Below, piece after piece: positions 45,064 to 53,067 of a DNA stretch of 64,000 bases; position 1 is the first letter of the stretch; each line of letters starts with the position of its first letter. This DNA comes from Lachnospiraceae bacterium. Its GTDB lineage: Bacteria > Bacillota > Clostridia > Lachnospirales > Lachnospiraceae. A program made the position numbers and the translations under genes. The notes beneath the pieces are model-generated. The model saw only the letters and a program-made list of their open reading frames with translations, had not been told where the DNA came from and did not search any database. Where the stretch lies: the NCBI GenBank assembly GCA_017460845.1, contig JAFUAE010000108.1:15567-79566 (forward strand), read 5' to 3'.

Positions 45064-46245
45064 ATGAAAAGAAAAATTGCATTTCTTATGAGTTCTTTAC
45101 TGGTGCTGTCTGCCCTGATCACGGGCTGCTCCGGTCAGACCGAGAAGCAGACAACAGCCTCACAGACGACCGCTGCGGTACAGACGGAGGCCCAGACCGC
45201 AGAGGTAGGTGCGGCGCCGGAGGAGTCGGCTGCTGACTCTGCGAAATCACAGGCACCTGCAGAATCAACAGTCCCGGCGGTCGAAACCGCCGACACGCCT
45301 CATAACGGCGAAGATACGGGAGCACAGACTGCGGCAGATACGGACGAAACGACGGTCCGTGTCGGCGCTATGAGCGGCCCGACTGCTATGGGCATGGCAA
45401 AGCTCATGAGCGATGCCGAAGCGGGCAGTACGGAAATATCCTATCAGTTTGCCGATCTGGCGACAGAGGCATCCGCTATGGTGACCCCGCTCGCCCAGGG
45501 TGAGCTGGATATCGCAGCCGTTCCGGCCAACCTTGCCGCGACTCTGTACAGCAAGACCAAGGGCGGCATTCAGGTTCTGGCAGTCAATACGCTCGGCGTC
45601 CTGAACCTTCTGGAAAAAGGCGATACTGTCTCCGGCATTCAGGATCTGGCGGGCAAAAAGCTCTATGCAACAGGGCAGGGCGCAGTTCCCGAATATGTGA
45701 TCCGCTATCTGCTGAAAGAAAACGGGATCGATCCGGACAAGGATCTTGAGATCCAGTGGTGCGCCGATACGACGGAGGCACTGTCTTATCTCAAGGAATC
45801 CGAAGGCGCGATCGCGGTTCTTCCGCAGCCGTTTGCAACCGCCGCCATGTCCCAGATCGAAAACTTAAGGATCGTCCAGGATCTTAACGACGCCTGGGCT
45901 GCGCACGATACAGGCTGCGAGATCACGACAGGCGTAACTGTCGTGCGGACAGCATTTGCCAAAGAGCATCCGGAGCTGGTCGAGACCTTCCTCAGGGAAT
46001 ATGCGGCATCTGCAGCCTATACTTCTGAAAATGTCGAAGGCGTTGCAGAGCTGACTGCAAAATACGGCATCGTTGCAAAGGCGCCGCTTGCACAGAAGGC
46101 GCTTCCGAAATGCCACATTGTCTGCCTGACAGGCGATGAAATGAAAACTGCCCTTGAGGGCTTCCTTCAGGTCATTTTTGACCAGAAGGCGGAAGCTGTC
46201 GGCGGCTCAATGCCCGGCGACGACTTCTATTACGGAATCAACTGA
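45064..46245 (+). CDS. ABC transporter substrate-binding lipoprotein (NMT1/THI5-like, SsuA/TauA-type fold)
   Basis: 393 aa. Lipobox is LSALITGCSG, followed by a Thr/Ala/Glu-rich linker and a periplasmic-binding-protein type 2 body (VRVGAMSGPTAMGMAKL..., LYATGQGAVPEYV). The ligand is unknown. Confidence 0.75.
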   Translation: MKRKIAFLMSSLLVLSALITGCSGQTEKQTTASQTTAAVQTEAQTAEVGAAPEESAADSAKSQAPAESTVPAVETADTPHNGEDTGAQTAADTDETTVRVGAMSGPTAMGMAKLMSDAEAGSTEISYQFADLATEASAMVTPLAQGELDIAAVPANLAATLYSKTKGGIQVLAVNTLGVLNLLEKGDTVSGIQDLAGKKLYATGQGAVPEYVIRYLLKENGIDPDKDLEIQWCADTTEALSYLKESEGAIAVLPQPFATAAMSQIENLRIVQDLNDAWAAHDTGCEITTGVTVVRTAFAKEHPELVETFLREYAASAAYTSENVEGVAELTAKYGIVAKAPLAQKALPKCHIVCLTGDEMKTALEGFLQVIFDQKAEAVGGSMPGDDFYYGIN

Positions 46246-46253
46246 CAGAAAGA

Positions 46254-46295
46254 TCCGGGCGGCGGTTTTATCCTGCTGCCCGGATTTCTTCTTCC
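46254..46295 (+). terminator. Intra-operon hairpin or partial terminator between the binding-protein and permease genes
   Basis: ATCCGGGC (46254-46261) pairs with GCCCGGAT (46279-46286), followed by TTCTTCTTC. Confidence 0.45.
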
Positions 46296-46364
46296 CCTGT
46301 GTCCCGGAAGGTCCTGAACAGTTACCTTTCCCGTTGCACGATCCATAGATGTTTTCTGCTTCTT

Positions 46365-47186
46365 ATGAATGAAATTCAGGATAACAAAAATCAGATTGTC
46401 CCGGCTGCCAGTCATGATACTTCCGGAGAAAAGGTTCCGGGCAAGAGCGTGAGCTTTCGGACCTTTTGGGAAAAGGCTGTGCCGATTCTGCTTGCGCTGC
46501 TCATCTGGCAGGCCGCATCCATGCTGGTCAGCAGCTCTATTTTGCTTTCCTCTCCGCTGGATGTACTGCTTCGTCTCGGCACCATCTGGCGGGAGGAGGG
46601 ATTCTTCCGTATACTTTTATTCACCATCTCCCACATAGCAGGGGGATATCTGCTGGCCCTGTGCTCCGGGATCCTGCTTGCTTTCCTTGCAGCGCGTTTT
46701 TCTGTGATCGAAATGCTGCTATGGCCCTGGGTCACCTGTTTCCGTTCGGTCCCCGTTGCATCCATGGTCGTGATCTTTCTGATCTGGGTCTCTTCAAGAA
46801 ATCTGTCTGTCCTGATATCGTTTCTCGTTGTTTTTCCGGTTATCTACAACAATGTCCTGACCGGACTCAAAAATGTCGACCGCCGCATGCTGGAGCTGGC
46901 ACAGGTCTTCCGTCTCCCGGCCGGCAGGAAGCTCCGCTATATCGTCTTACCCCAGATCCGGCCTTATCTGGTGTCAGCGGCAAGCGTCACGGCCGGTATG
47001 GCCTGGAAGGCAGGCGTTGCTGCAGAAATCATCGGTACGCCGCCGCTTTCAGTCGGTAAAATGATTTATCAATCCAAGATCTGGCTGGATACGGACGATT
47101 TATTCGCGTGGACGCTGATCCTGGTGGTCTTAAGCGTCCTGTTCGAAAAACTCTTTACTGCACTGCTGAAAAAGCTCATTCCGTGA
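46365..47186 (+). CDS. ABC transporter permease (SsuC/TauC-like, binding-protein-dependent family)
   Basis: Six TM helices with an EAA-like loop (MLELAQVFRLPAGRKLRYIVLPQIRPYL). The start is set at ATG 46365. The track start at 46299 is possible but lies within the hairpin tail. Confidence 0.75.
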   Translation: MNEIQDNKNQIVPAASHDTSGEKVPGKSVSFRTFWEKAVPILLALLIWQAASMLVSSSILLSSPLDVLLRLGTIWREEGFFRILLFTISHIAGGYLLALCSGILLAFLAARFSVIEMLLWPWVTCFRSVPVASMVVIFLIWVSSRNLSVLISFLVVFPVIYNNVLTGLKNVDRRMLELAQVFRLPAGRKLRYIVLPQIRPYLVSAASVTAGMAWKAGVAAEIIGTPPLSVGKMIYQSKIWLDTDDLFAWTLILVVLSVLFEKLFTALLKKLIP

Positions 47187-47193
47187 CTCTGTT

Positions 47194-47778
47194 ATGACTG
47201 ACATTATTCTTCATGAAATCTCAAAAAGCTATGGAAACAAAACCGTCTTCAGCCGGTTTTCCCTTACGCTGCAAAGCGGTCATATCTATCGTCTGTCAGA
47301 GCCCTCCGGTTCCGGAAAGACGACTCTGCTGCGGATGCTGATGGGGCTGGAAAAGCCGGATGGCGGAAGTATTTCCGGCGTACCGGCTGACATCAGTGCC
47401 GTATTCCAGGAAGACCGCCTGATCGAAAATCTTACCGTCCTGGAAAACATTGCGCTCATGATTCCGGGGAAGGCTGATCCCGCACTCATCGAAGCCCATT
47501 TAAATGAAATCGGCCTTCCCGGCTGTGCCGGAAAGACCGCAGGAACCTTAAGCGGGGGAATGAAGCGCCGCACGGCAATCGTCCGCGCTGTGCTGCATCC
47601 GTCGGAGCTTTTACTTCTTGATGAGCCTTTTACCGGGCTCGATATGTTTTCGGCTGCCATGACCGTCAGTTATCTCCTGAATCACATTGACGGCCGGACC
47701 GCTGTCATCGCGAGCCATATCCCGGAGGCACTTCTGGAAAAGAACTCGGAGCTGATCCTGTTCCCGGAGCGGCACTAA
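47194..47778 (+). CDS. ABC transporter ATP-binding protein (short, 194 aa)
   Basis: Walker A is EPSGSGKTTLL, the signature is LSGGMKRR, Walker B is LLLLDEP and the H-loop is IASH. Confidence 0.88.
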   Translation: MTDIILHEISKSYGNKTVFSRFSLTLQSGHIYRLSEPSGSGKTTLLRMLMGLEKPDGGSISGVPADISAVFQEDRLIENLTVLENIALMIPGKADPALIEAHLNEIGLPGCAGKTAGTLSGGMKRRTAIVRAVLHPSELLLLDEPFTGLDMFSAAMTVSYLLNHIDGRTAVIASHIPEALLEKNSELILFPERH

Positions 47779-47802
47779 GACCTTGTTTCTGATTTTGGTT
47801 TT

Positions 47803-48624
47803 TCAGTTCTGAATCTTATCTTTCTCAGCCGGCGGGCCATCCGGAATCGCATCGATTTCCGGTATGATCTCCCGCAGATTTACTCTGCATTCCCCTCCCC
47901 AGACCAGGACGGGTATATCATCAGTAAAGGTATAAATGACCGGGAGATCCTCATGCTCAAGGTCATAAACAACGACCTGTTTTCTGTCCGTATCCACAAG
48001 CCAGTATTCCCGCACGCCTGCATCGGTATATTTCTTCAGCTTCAGGCTCATGTCCTTTTTGCGGGTAGAGGGCGACAGAATCTCAACAACCAGATCCGGA
48101 GCTCCGTAAATACATCGTTTGATCAGCTTTGACGGATCGCAGAGGATCACAACATCCGGTTCCACCATTGTCTTATTATCTCTGTCCAGCTGGACGCTGA
48201 TCGGCGAAATGTACGGAAAACAGCGGGTCTTCTTTTTCTTCTGAAAAGAGAGCAGCTGGAAATAAATTTCTCCGGCGGCTACCTGATGCTGGACTGCCGG
48301 TGTCGCCATATCATAAAAAACCCCGTCGATCAGTTCTGCCCTGCAGTCATCCGGAAGTGCATAATAATCATCTACCGTATATTCCTTCTGCCGGTTATAA
48401 ACAGGCCGCCCGGAATCACACAGCAAAAACTCCGGAACTCCATGAAAATGATAACCCGTGCCCAGTATCCGTTCCAGCTTCTCGATCGTTTCCCTGCGCG
48501 GGCGTTCCGTGATGCCGCCCAGAACCTTCTGCAGCGTCCCGAGCGGCAGACCGGTCAGCGCTGACAGTTCCTTATAAGAATATCCGAGTTCTGTCTTTCG
48601 CTTTCTCATTTCATCTATCGTCAT
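47803..48624 (-). CDS. XRE-type HTH domain fused to a Uma2 (DUF820) PD-(D/E)xK endonuclease-fold domain (paralogue 1)
   Basis: 273 aa from the ATG at 48624 (RBS AAAGGAG). The HTH is YSYKELSALTGLPLGTLQKVLGG. The nuclease fold has ELIDGVFYDMATP, EPDVVILCD, GAPDLVVEILSPST and YTDAGVREYWLVD. The 405-aa track ORF is an upstream read-through of tandem repeats. Confidence 0.8.
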   Translation of the reverse strand: MTIDEMRKRKTELGYSYKELSALTGLPLGTLQKVLGGITERPRRETIEKLERILGTGYHFHGVPEFLLCDSGRPVYNRQKEYTVDDYYALPDDCRAELIDGVFYDMATPAVQHQVAAGEIYFQLLSFQKKKKTRCFPYISPISVQLDRDNKTMVEPDVVILCDPSKLIKRCIYGAPDLVVEILSPSTRKKDMSLKLKKYTDAGVREYWLVDTDRKQVVVYDLEHEDLPVIYTFTDDIPVLVWGGECRVNLREIIPEIDAIPDGPPAEKDKIQN

Positions 48625-48673
48625 AAGCGGGCTCCTTTCGGCATCTTTCTCTGTTTGTCCTCTGCTTATCCTT

Positions 48674-48702
48674 ATTATAACCTTTTCATCTCCATTTTTC
48701 AA
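48674..48702 (-). promoter_or_regulatory. Near-consensus SigA promoter of HTH-Uma2 paralogue 1
   Basis: On the minus strand: TTGAAA (plus 48697-48702), then a 17-nt spacer, then TATAAT (plus 48674-48679), 50 nt upstream of the ATG. AATATATCCAA (plus 48707-48717) lies just upstream and recurs in the paralogue 2 promoter. Confidence 0.6.
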
Positions 48703-48736
48703 GTAGTTGGATATATTGCGGTTGATTTGTGGATCA

Positions 48737-48836
48737 ATTTCGGCAGATCTATCTCGGCGGATATATCTCGGCGGATAATATCTCGGCGGATATATCTCGG
48801 CGGATAATATCTCGGCGGATATATCTCGGCGGATCA
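48737..48836. repeat. Iteron-like array: 6 perfect plus 1 degenerate copies of ATCTCGGCGGATA with alternating 14/15-bp spacing
   Basis: Unit starts are 48751, 48765, 48780, 48794, 48809 and 48823, with a degenerate unit at 48737. The array is bracketed by the direct repeat GGATCAATTT (48731-48740 and 48831-48840). It lies 35-140 nt upstream of the -35 box of the HTH-Uma2 gene. Confidence 0.9.
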
Positions 48837-48930
48837 ATTTCTGCTGTTTTGCAATCAGATTTTTTGCATGCCACAGTTCTTCAAAGCGCTGATATCCGGT
48901 GTGAACGACCACAGCCTGATTTTCTCTCAA

Positions 48931-49230
48931 TTTTCTCTGTCCTTTTGAATCCTTGATGTCCTGATCGAACTGCCACATCCAGGCTCCTTCATATTTTTCT
49001 CCGTCCTTTTTAGCTCTCAAGGTTCAAAATAGACACCCACATTTTAACATTTCATCATTTTTCTCCGTCCTTTTTGCCGCTCAAGGATTTAAAAGGACAA
49101 CCACATCAATCGATTTAATAACTATTCTCTGTCCGAACCACGTTTTCCGGCAAAAAAAGAACAACCACATCTGACGATTCAACTATTTTTCTCTGTCCTC
49201 TCCATCATTCTGATAATAAAACCAACAGAT
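48931..49230. repeat. Degenerate tandem array of about 62-67-bp units (about 5 copies)
   Basis: Units start at about 48931, 48994, 49058, 49125 and 49186. Each opens with TTTTCTC(C/T)GTCC, and most contain (A/G)ACA(A/C)CCACAT about 40 nt later. Confidence 0.75.
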
Positions 49231-49277
49231 AATAATACTAATACTTAATAATACTAATACTTAATAATACTGATACC
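49231..49277. repeat. 16-bp tandem repeat AATAATACTAATACTT, about 3 copies
   Basis: 49231-49246 and 49247-49262 are identical. 49263-49277 is AATAATACTGATACC. Confidence 0.9.
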
Positions 49278-49291
49278 AATAAGATATACAG

Positions 49292-49359
49292 GAAAACAGG
49301 CCGTCCGGTATAGATATGCTGCATATTCCAGCATCCCATAACCGTTACGGCCTGTTTTC
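49292..49359 (-). terminator. Long hairpin downstream of the 49442 esterase gene (terminator-like)
   Basis: Perfect 13-bp stem GAAAACAGGCCGT (49292-49304) with ACGGCCTGTTTTC (49347-49359), enclosing a 42-nt loop with an internal palindrome ATATGC-T-GCATAT. The flanks are T-rich. Confidence 0.4.
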
Positions 49360-49441
49360 TTTTCCATCTATCACAGGAGGAACTATGCCGGCAATGTCAT
49401 CTGCCGGATCGTCCTTTTACATTGGCATTTCGCCGTGTGCA

Positions 49442-50614
49442 TTACTGCATTTTTCTCTGTGCAAACATCCAGTCTCTGAAGCCCTTGTCGGCATACATCG
49501 GTACCCAGGAGAAATGCGCGGAGGTTCCGAATACGGTACCCGGAGCATAAAGTGTTGTCCTGAAGGAAATGCCTGCTGCCGTAAGCGCCTGGATCGTCGG
49601 ATAGTAATACTCATCCGGCTTGACTGTCGGGTCGTCTGCTGCCTGGAAGATCCACATCGGAATACCTCTGAGGGCACCGACCTTGGACGGATCTGCACCT
49701 GCTGCGTCCGGAGCGATTGCTGCAAATACTTCCGGATGCTCGATTGCAAGGGTATAGGTACCGAAGCCGCCTGCGGAAAGACCGGTCATGTAGACTCTGC
49801 TTCTGTCTACGGAATACTCGTTCATGACCTTCTGCAGAAGGTTATAAGCGCCGTAGAGGTAAGGCATGCCGTCAAAAGAATTCGGTGCTGTACCGCCTCT
49901 GTAGCCCATCAGTGTGGTCCAGTTGTCTGTGCTGGTCTTATCAGCAGTCATGGAGCACTGCGGAGCCAGTACGATGCACTGGTTATGTCCGGCCTCGGAA
50001 TCCTTTGCCCAGACTGTTGCCATCTGATATCTCTTCAGGACCATATCTACAGTCTGTGTTCTCTGGCCCGAGCCATGGAGTGCAAATACGATCGGATACT
50101 GCTTTGACGGATCGTAGTTGCTCGGTACGTAGAGCTCATACGGAATATTTACATTGTTCTCTGCATCAAAATAGGTTCCCGGTGTAAACAGGTTGTAAGC
50201 CCAGGTATCGCAGTCTCTGACGACGTTGATGGTGTAGGTCTTGCTGAGTCCGTCCTTGGAAACGACTACCGGGATCGGGGTTACAAGCTCAATATCATAG
50301 TTTGCATAGCTGCCGTCAATGGAAACGATCTTGCCCTGTCCGGAGATTGCTTCATCTCCATTGATCGTAAGAGATGCACCTGCCGGTGCAACTGCTGTTA
50401 CCTTTACGCCGTAGCAGTCAGACTGTACATTATAGGTATAGTCCGTCACGTTTGAGTAGAACGGAATGTTCCTGCCATCCTGCACTGCTGTGGTGATCGA
50501 AAGGCTGATGAGGGAAATATCCCCGTTCCCCTGATCTGCCATGGCCATCTGCGAAGCGCCGATCGTCATGACCGCTGCCATCAGGAGCGCTGCAATTCTT
50601 TTCATCTTTTTCAT
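49442..50614 (-). CDS. Secreted esterase: N-terminal cadherin-like beta-sandwich plus alpha/beta-hydrolase (CE1 / PHB-depolymerase-like esterase) domain
   Basis: 390 aa with a signal peptide (AALLMAAVMTIGASQMAMA). The beta-sandwich segment is ISLISLSITTAV...YTYNVQSDCYGVKVTAVAPAGASLTING. Catalytic motifs are FALHGSG and the nucleophile elbow MTGLSAGGFG. Confidence 0.75.
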   Translation of the reverse strand: MKKMKRIAALLMAAVMTIGASQMAMADQGNGDISLISLSITTAVQDGRNIPFYSNVTDYTYNVQSDCYGVKVTAVAPAGASLTINGDEAISGQGKIVSIDGSYANYDIELVTPIPVVVSKDGLSKTYTINVVRDCDTWAYNLFTPGTYFDAENNVNIPYELYVPSNYDPSKQYPIVFALHGSGQRTQTVDMVLKRYQMATVWAKDSEAGHNQCIVLAPQCSMTADKTSTDNWTTLMGYRGGTAPNSFDGMPYLYGAYNLLQKVMNEYSVDRSRVYMTGLSAGGFGTYTLAIEHPEVFAAIAPDAAGADPSKVGALRGIPMWIFQAADDPTVKPDEYYYPTIQALTAAGISFRTTLYAPGTVFGTSAHFSWVPMYADKGFRDWMFAQRKMQ

Positions 50615-50744
50615 GGTGTCCTCTCCTCTGCTATTTTCACTTCAGCCCTTTTCCCGGGCTCAGCTTTAATATATCCGAAGGAAGGGATTTTTTAAATTTC
50701 AGTGTTATTGACCGGTTCACACTTCATTGTCAAACCGGAACATA

Positions 50745-50765
50745 TGTTCATTTCCGATGAAATGT
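50745..50765 (-). promoter_or_regulatory. Candidate operator shared within the esterase/AraC locus (site 1), directly upstream of a -35 box
   Basis: Plus strand reads TGTTCATTTCCGATGAAATGT. It is part of the direct repeat ATGTTCATTT at 50744 and 50762 (18-bp period). On the minus strand TTGACA (plus 50728-50733) lies 10 nt downstream. The site is 130-150 nt upstream of the esterase ATG. Confidence 0.5.
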
Positions 50766-50815
50766 TCATTTTCGGCTTTTTTCACGGGCCGGCATAGTGA
50801 AAAGTCGCTTAAAGC

Positions 50816-53062
50816 TTACCTCAGAACGGTTTTTCTATACTGTCCCGGCGTCATTCCGACATATTTCTTGAATACGCGAATGAAATTCTGATCGGAATTA
50901 AAGCCGGTCTGCGCACAGATCTCGCTGACCGTAAGGTCCGTATTCTCCAGCAGTTCTTTTGCCTTCCCGATCCTGACTCCGTTCAGGTAATCGGTGAATC
51001 CGGCACTCAGCACATCATTCATCAGCGTACTCAGGTAGGATTTGTTCAGGTTGAGCGCTTCTGCTGCGTCCGTCAGGGAAAGGCTGCTGTTCTGATAGTT
51101 TTTTCCGATATACTCTTTTGCCGCGGCTACATACCGGTTCTTGCGCCTCTTATTGACAGAATCCAGCTCCTTCAGGATCTGTGTGCCATAGGTGTCCGCA
51201 AGCGCCTGCAGCTTGTCATACTCCCCGCTTTCAAGGGCCGCCAGGCAGCTTTCGCCAAGTCCCGGAGGATCTGTCAGGATCCTATTGGAGCTCTCCTCCC
51301 CGGCAAAGATCCGGATCACCTCACCGTAAGCTGCACGTTTTTCCTCATCCCCGCCATACTCCCGGATCTCAGTCATCAGCGTCCGGAATACGGTTTCCGC
51401 GTTTTTCAGGTCTCCTTCCTTCAGATTCTTTTCCAGAAGACTGATCTTCTTTGTCCTTGCCTGATCGAAGCTGATGCCCTCCTGCTTTATAAGGCTTTCC
51501 TCACTCTCCGCCCGTGCGCTGACCGCAGCAGACAGATCCCTGTATGCCAGGGGCAGGCTCTGTATGCCGGAATAAACAAAACTGACAGCCATCCGTACAC
51601 TGAACGGGCGGTTCTCCGAGACTCTCAGCATTTTCTTGTATAGATTGTTCATCCGGCTGCGGATCGTCTGCGATGAAACCTCTTTTGCAAAGCCTGCCAG
51701 GAAAATCAGATCTCCGTTCAGGTGCAGCACCGCCAGCACGGCATCTTTTTCGCGAAGAGCGTCTTCTGCAGTCTTCCGGAGCACTTCCTCAAATCCTGAA
51801 AGCTCCCCAAGTCCCGGAGCACTGTTTTCCGCCTCTCTTGCCAGGATCATACAGTATTTACTGTCCATGCGGAAACCGGATCCCGTATGCTCTATGATCT
51901 TCCGAACCTCTTCTTCATCCGCATTTTCTTCGATCACACCGATCAGTGTCCGTTCCAGCGCCTCTCCCGAGATCTCACGGAGGACATTCTGCATATGGCT
52001 TTCTTTTTCTGCGGAATAATTATATTCCCTGGCCAGGAAATCCATTTCGTTCTTTGAGCTCTGAAGTCTTTCCGTGGTCGTCTGGTCCTGCATGAGAATA
52101 TTCTCAACGATGCTTTTGATCGGTCTGGAAATGCTGACCGAAATCACAACTGAGGCCAGGAAACTTATAAGCAGCATGATCCCGAGTACAGGCAGCATGG
52201 AAAACAGATTCTGGGTCAGGCTTAACTCGGCAAATCCGAAATCATAGCGGAAAATGTACTGCCAGTCCAGATAATCCGACCGGCAGAAATAAAAGTCCCC
52301 GTCCCATGCAGATCCTGCCGCGCTGAAATCAGCTGCCGCGAGCATCTGCTCGGCCGCATCAGGCATGCCCGAGACCCGGATCAGGATACCGTCGGTATCC
52401 GACACGAGATAGTCCCATCCCGGATCATGGTCCATCGAAGAAAACAGCTCGGCTGTATCCAGCTTTACGATCAGGCGGGACAGCGGCTCCCTGACGGAAT
52501 ACAGAAATTCCATGCACAGGTACAGACTGTCCCCGACCCTTCTCAGGGAAACATTCCAGAAGCGGTTCCGCTCCGTATAATGCAAACCTTTTCCATCCAG
52601 GATCCGGTCCAGCTCCTGCTGAAGGCCGCTTTCCCGTTTTTTGCTGATGATACCCGAGGAGGTATACAATTCGTCCCCTCCGGATTCATAAAGGATCACG
52701 GAGTCGATCCCGCTGTTGTACTGCTGCAGATTCCGGAGCAGGGACAGGATCTCGATATTTCTCGCATTGTGATTTTTATCCAGAATACCCGGAGTTATCG
52801 CGGCATTCACTACGGAGCTTTCATTTGCAAGCTGGAGCATCCGCTGCTGAATATTTTCCACCTTCTGGTCAATGTGTGAGATCTCGTAGCCCGCAGTCCT
52901 CTGAAACGCTTCCTGCATGCCGCTGCGGATATTGCGGTACATGAAGCGGCTGACCAGCCCGTAAAACACCAGGCTGATCAGTACGGTCAATGCCGCCAGA
53001 GACAGAAATGTTCTGACAAAGAGGCTGTTAAATCTGAGATTTTCCCTGAATGATTTCTTCAT
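50816..53062 (-). CDS. Membrane-anchored AraC/XylS-family transcriptional regulator with an extracytoplasmic sensor domain
   Basis: 748 aa. TM1 is FLSLAALTVLISLVFYGLV, followed by an external domain of about 250 aa and TM2 LPVLGIMLLISFLASVVISVSI. A long cytoplasmic linker leads to the C-terminal double HTH (LSLTDAAEALNLNKSYLSTLM...VSEICAQTGFNSDQNFIRVFKKYVGMTPGQYR). Confidence 0.8.
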   Translation of the reverse strand: MKKSFRENLRFNSLFVRTFLSLAALTVLISLVFYGLVSRFMYRNIRSGMQEAFQRTAGYEISHIDQKVENIQQRMLQLANESSVVNAAITPGILDKNHNARNIEILSLLRNLQQYNSGIDSVILYESGGDELYTSSGIISKKRESGLQQELDRILDGKGLHYTERNRFWNVSLRRVGDSLYLCMEFLYSVREPLSRLIVKLDTAELFSSMDHDPGWDYLVSDTDGILIRVSGMPDAAEQMLAAADFSAAGSAWDGDFYFCRSDYLDWQYIFRYDFGFAELSLTQNLFSMLPVLGIMLLISFLASVVISVSISRPIKSIVENILMQDQTTTERLQSSKNEMDFLAREYNYSAEKESHMQNVLREISGEALERTLIGVIEENADEEEVRKIIEHTGSGFRMDSKYCMILAREAENSAPGLGELSGFEEVLRKTAEDALREKDAVLAVLHLNGDLIFLAGFAKEVSSQTIRSRMNNLYKKMLRVSENRPFSVRMAVSFVYSGIQSLPLAYRDLSAAVSARAESEESLIKQEGISFDQARTKKISLLEKNLKEGDLKNAETVFRTLMTEIREYGGDEEKRAAYGEVIRIFAGEESSNRILTDPPGLGESCLAALESGEYDKLQALADTYGTQILKELDSVNKRRKNRYVAAAKEYIGKNYQNSSLSLTDAAEALNLNKSYLSTLMNDVLSAGFTDYLNGVRIGKAKELLENTDLTVSEICAQTGFNSDQNFIRVFKKYVGMTPGQYRKTVLR

Positions 53063-53067
53063 ACAGA

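Noticed and set aside
47803-49020. 405-aa track ORF suggesting a much longer HTH-Uma2 protein with an N-terminal repeat domain (RRDISAEILSAEIYPPRYYPPRY...)
   Set aside because: The extra 132 codons are translation of the non-coding 14/15-bp tandem array and of promoter DNA. A strong RBS (AAAGGAG) and an ATG at 48624 align with the start of the paralogue at 59244. A TTGAAA-17-TATAAT promoter lies inside the supposed coding extension.
48931-49230. DnaA-box cluster or replication origin, because of recurring ACA(A/C)CCACA motifs
   Set aside because: The motifs deviate from TTATCCACA at three positions. There is no dnaA/dnaN context and no AT-rich 13-mer unwinding element that I could recognise. 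Origin-like function is kept only as a remote possibility within the repeat-region finding.
48737-49277. Possible CRISPR array, because of several regularly spaced repeats
   Set aside because: The units are contiguous tandem repeats (14/15 bp and 16 bp) or degenerate 65-bp units, with no unique spacers of constant length. There is no leader and there are no cas genes in the window.
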